Shown: positions 61,382 through 64,000 of the stretch, piece after piece
Layout: every line of letters starts with the position of its first letter
How positions within the stretch are numbered: position 1 is the stretch's first letter
DNA from: Paraspadella gotoi
Taxonomy: Eukaryota > Animalia > Chaetognatha
DNA length: 64,000 bases
Assembly: GCA_051294375.1 (NCBI GenBank)
Contig: CM119266.1
Span: forward strand, 22,668,638 to 22,732,637
Direction: 5' to 3'
The notes under the pieces: model-generated
Seen by the model: only the letters and a program-made list of their open reading frames with translations
What the model was told of the DNA's origin: nothing
The model's database searches: none
Program-made: the position numbers and the translations under genes

Positions 61382-61421
<40 letters not shown>

Positions 61422-62231
61422 TGCGATCGCATCCCTCCAACCACGCCTTTCTGTCCTTCGGAGACTCGAGTCTTTGAGAAAAGGGTAAGAAGAAAAAAAA
61501 TATTTTCTATTCTTATTTTTATATTTTGACAAATTTTTTAAATCTTTTTTTTTTCTGCGCTCGTTGTTTGTAGGACGACTCAGGTACACCTGTTTTGTCA
61601 ACGCGTAACTTTCTTCGCGATAAGCGTCGTTTCACTATATTTCGGCAAACAGAGAAAAACAAACGAGAGATCCCCGGATTTCGCCAAAAAAAAACAAAAA
61701 AAAAAAAACAAAGCAAAACAAGACGGCGGAAAATAAAGGAAAATAAACAACGAAAAAAAAGAAAATAAGAAAAAGAGAGAAAAGGAAAAAAAAAGGGAGA
61801 GTCTTCAAATTAGGAAGAAGTTTTGTATCGATTCTCCCTCCATGATAAATGGGGGTCTGCGTCTCTGCCTTGTTTGAAGGAATTCTTTAATTTGGGGCCG
61901 GCTGCGTCTGCGGCGTCGTCGGCGTCGACGCCGGCGGCGGAGGCGGATGAATCTCGTCTCCGAGGATTTTGGTAGCAGACGAAAAATGGTGCTACTTCTC
62001 GTCGCGGAGGGATACGCGGGGAGGGGGAGAAAAGCGGATGGGATGAGGGTGGAGGACTATGATTTGAGGGAGGAGAGAGAGAATATCGTCGGCGTCTATA
62101 CAACCATCGATTGATTCTCGATCTTCGCTGATAAATTTGGTCGAAAATTTTAGGAGATTCATGATATTAAATATAATTCAATTATTTGCTCTCAAAGATT
62201 GACTGGTGAATCCACGGTGTTGGTTCAACAA

Positions 62232-62799
62232 TAAGGCGTAGTAAAATTTCTAAATTTAACTTTAATTAAAATTCTAAAAGTGAGGAACGAACAACATTAT
62301 ACTAATGAACATTTATGTAATAAAAAAATTTTTAATAAATTTTAAAATTTACGCAATAGGCCATATTTATACTAGTACTAAACCAATAAATATTAAAATT
62401 TCAAAACAGTTTTTTCTAAGATTTTTTTGCAGAGTTGGATTCGTCATAAAAAGTTGGTAAAAAGAAATATAACTCTTTTTAAAAAATTCCTTCATTAAGT
62501 GGGTCAAAAATTAGAAAAAGCTATATTTTAAGCTGAAAATTAACTTTTTATATATTAAATATAGTTTTTTTAATTTTAAACCCACTTAATGAAAGAATTT
62601 TTAAAAATGATTTATATTTTCTTTTATCAACTTTTGACGAGGAATTCAAATCTGCAATCAAAATTAAGAAAAGCCTATTTTGAAATTTTTTGAATTAAAA
62701 AACATAAAATTAATTTTTTTTACAAATTAATGTTCACTGATGGTATGTTGTTCATAATTGACTTTTAGAATTTTTGTATGTAACTTTCACTACGCCTTA
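62232..62799. mobile_element. Non-autonomous hAT-like MITE with long foldback arms
   Basis: Termini are TAAGGCGTAGT...ACTACGCCTTA. Imperfect inverted complementarity extends over most of the length (e.g. TTCATTAAGTGGGT / ACCCACTTAATGAA). An exact 8-bp direct repeat TTCAACAA lies at 62224-62231 and 62800-62807. The TAAGG start fits the hAT YARNG terminus. Confidence 0.85.
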
Positions 62800-63767
62800 T
62801 TCAACAATATTGCTTCAACACTGTTGAAGCTTTTTACTCTCGATTTTCAATCTCTCTTCCCGAGATAATAATACCATTTAAGTAAACAGACAGACAGATG
62901 ATACTACAGGGAAAAATTAAAGTTTTTACACGAATTTTAAAAATGACATAGTCAGGTTTAATCCAATTGTAACTAAGACCTAAAAATTAAAACCCGCCCG
63001 TCGTGAAATTTTTCCGTCTTACTGAAAATTGAATAAAATCGCATAAGGATTCATAAAATGGCGGGCGAATCGCAAATTAAATGGAAATCGAATGGAAATG
63101 AGATACAAAAACTACTGCACCATGAAATTAAAATGGGGGACGGAGTTTGGAGTGAGAAAGAAGTGGGTCGGTGGTGCAGGTAAGTGTTGAAAAGAAAGCT
63201 GGGTAAGTTTATATATTCGCTGTCGAAAACGGAAAAAATGGAAAATGAATTAGAAAAAAGTAGTGTAACAATTTCACAATTTTGTGTTCGCGGACAAATG
63301 AAAATATTTTAGTTGCCATAAAGAACAAATATAAATATTATCAATGATTAGGCCCATATTGTCGAAAATATAATCCGAAATTCAACGAAAATCACAATCA
63401 ATGGATTATTTTATTATCATCGTCATATCTATTTAATAGTATTCCACAATCTACATGTTTATTGATATAAAAGCTATTATACGTAGTTTTCCCTAACAAT
63501 ACAACTCTCTACAGATTAAATATAATACTCGACACGAAGCTTCGACAGTAAAAATATCGACCACAACAATGATATAAACAAGGGAAACTAATTCTGCTCG
63601 TCACTGTGTCAACGATAAAGACGACTCAGGAGAAACGAACGAACGGACGAACAAACGGACGAACAAACGAGAACAAATACGAACGAATGCGAACGAATGA
63701 ATGAATTCTGACAAAGAGAAAATCCTTCCAGAAATACTTTTAGACAAATGACTGTGGGGGAGGATGC

Positions 63768-63843
<76 letters not shown>

Positions 63844-64000
63844 AAAGAGAGATACGAGACAGAGACAGAGGAGGCGGCTAGAAAGAGGAGGAAGACTCGA
63901 AGAGAGAGAGGACGACTCTCGCGTTGAAAATAATCCTGGAGAGTTGAGAGCGTGTTAAAAAAGAAAGTGTGAAATCCTACGAGAGGGAGAGAGTGAGAGA

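Overview
AT-rich eukaryotic (most likely invertebrate animal) genomic DNA, saturated with (GA)n/(TC)n, (GTC)n, (ATT)n and (ATG)n microsatellites. It is a noisy, gap-containing draft: much of the window occurs twice, as large inverted (foldback) copies or as tandem copies joined across N gaps. The copies differ mainly by homopolymer indels, which points to long-read error, haplotigs and amplification chimeras. Best-supported content: (1) a 5'-truncated Penelope-like retroelement (GIY-YIG endonuclease) at 13793-16113, with inverted pseudo-LTRs, a short tail and a target-site duplication; the empty site is visible at ~19121; each pseudo-LTR carries a minimal type I hammerhead ribozyme, and a third, covarying hammerhead lies in a related remnant at ~44.3 kb; (2) an unidentified multi-exon gene on the minus strand (~34.9-40.8 kb) with 19-nt microexons and short introns, reconstructable by splice phase; (3) an open Gypsy-type integrase ORF antisense in one of its introns; (4) a degraded L1/Tx1 LINE (46.1-48.5 kb); (5) a hAT-type foldback MITE with an 8-bp TSD (62232-62799); (6) a dispersed, one-end-anchored repeat family. 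Most ORFs in the supplied track are microsatellite or N-gap artefacts. No rRNA, tRNA or CRISPR array was seen.
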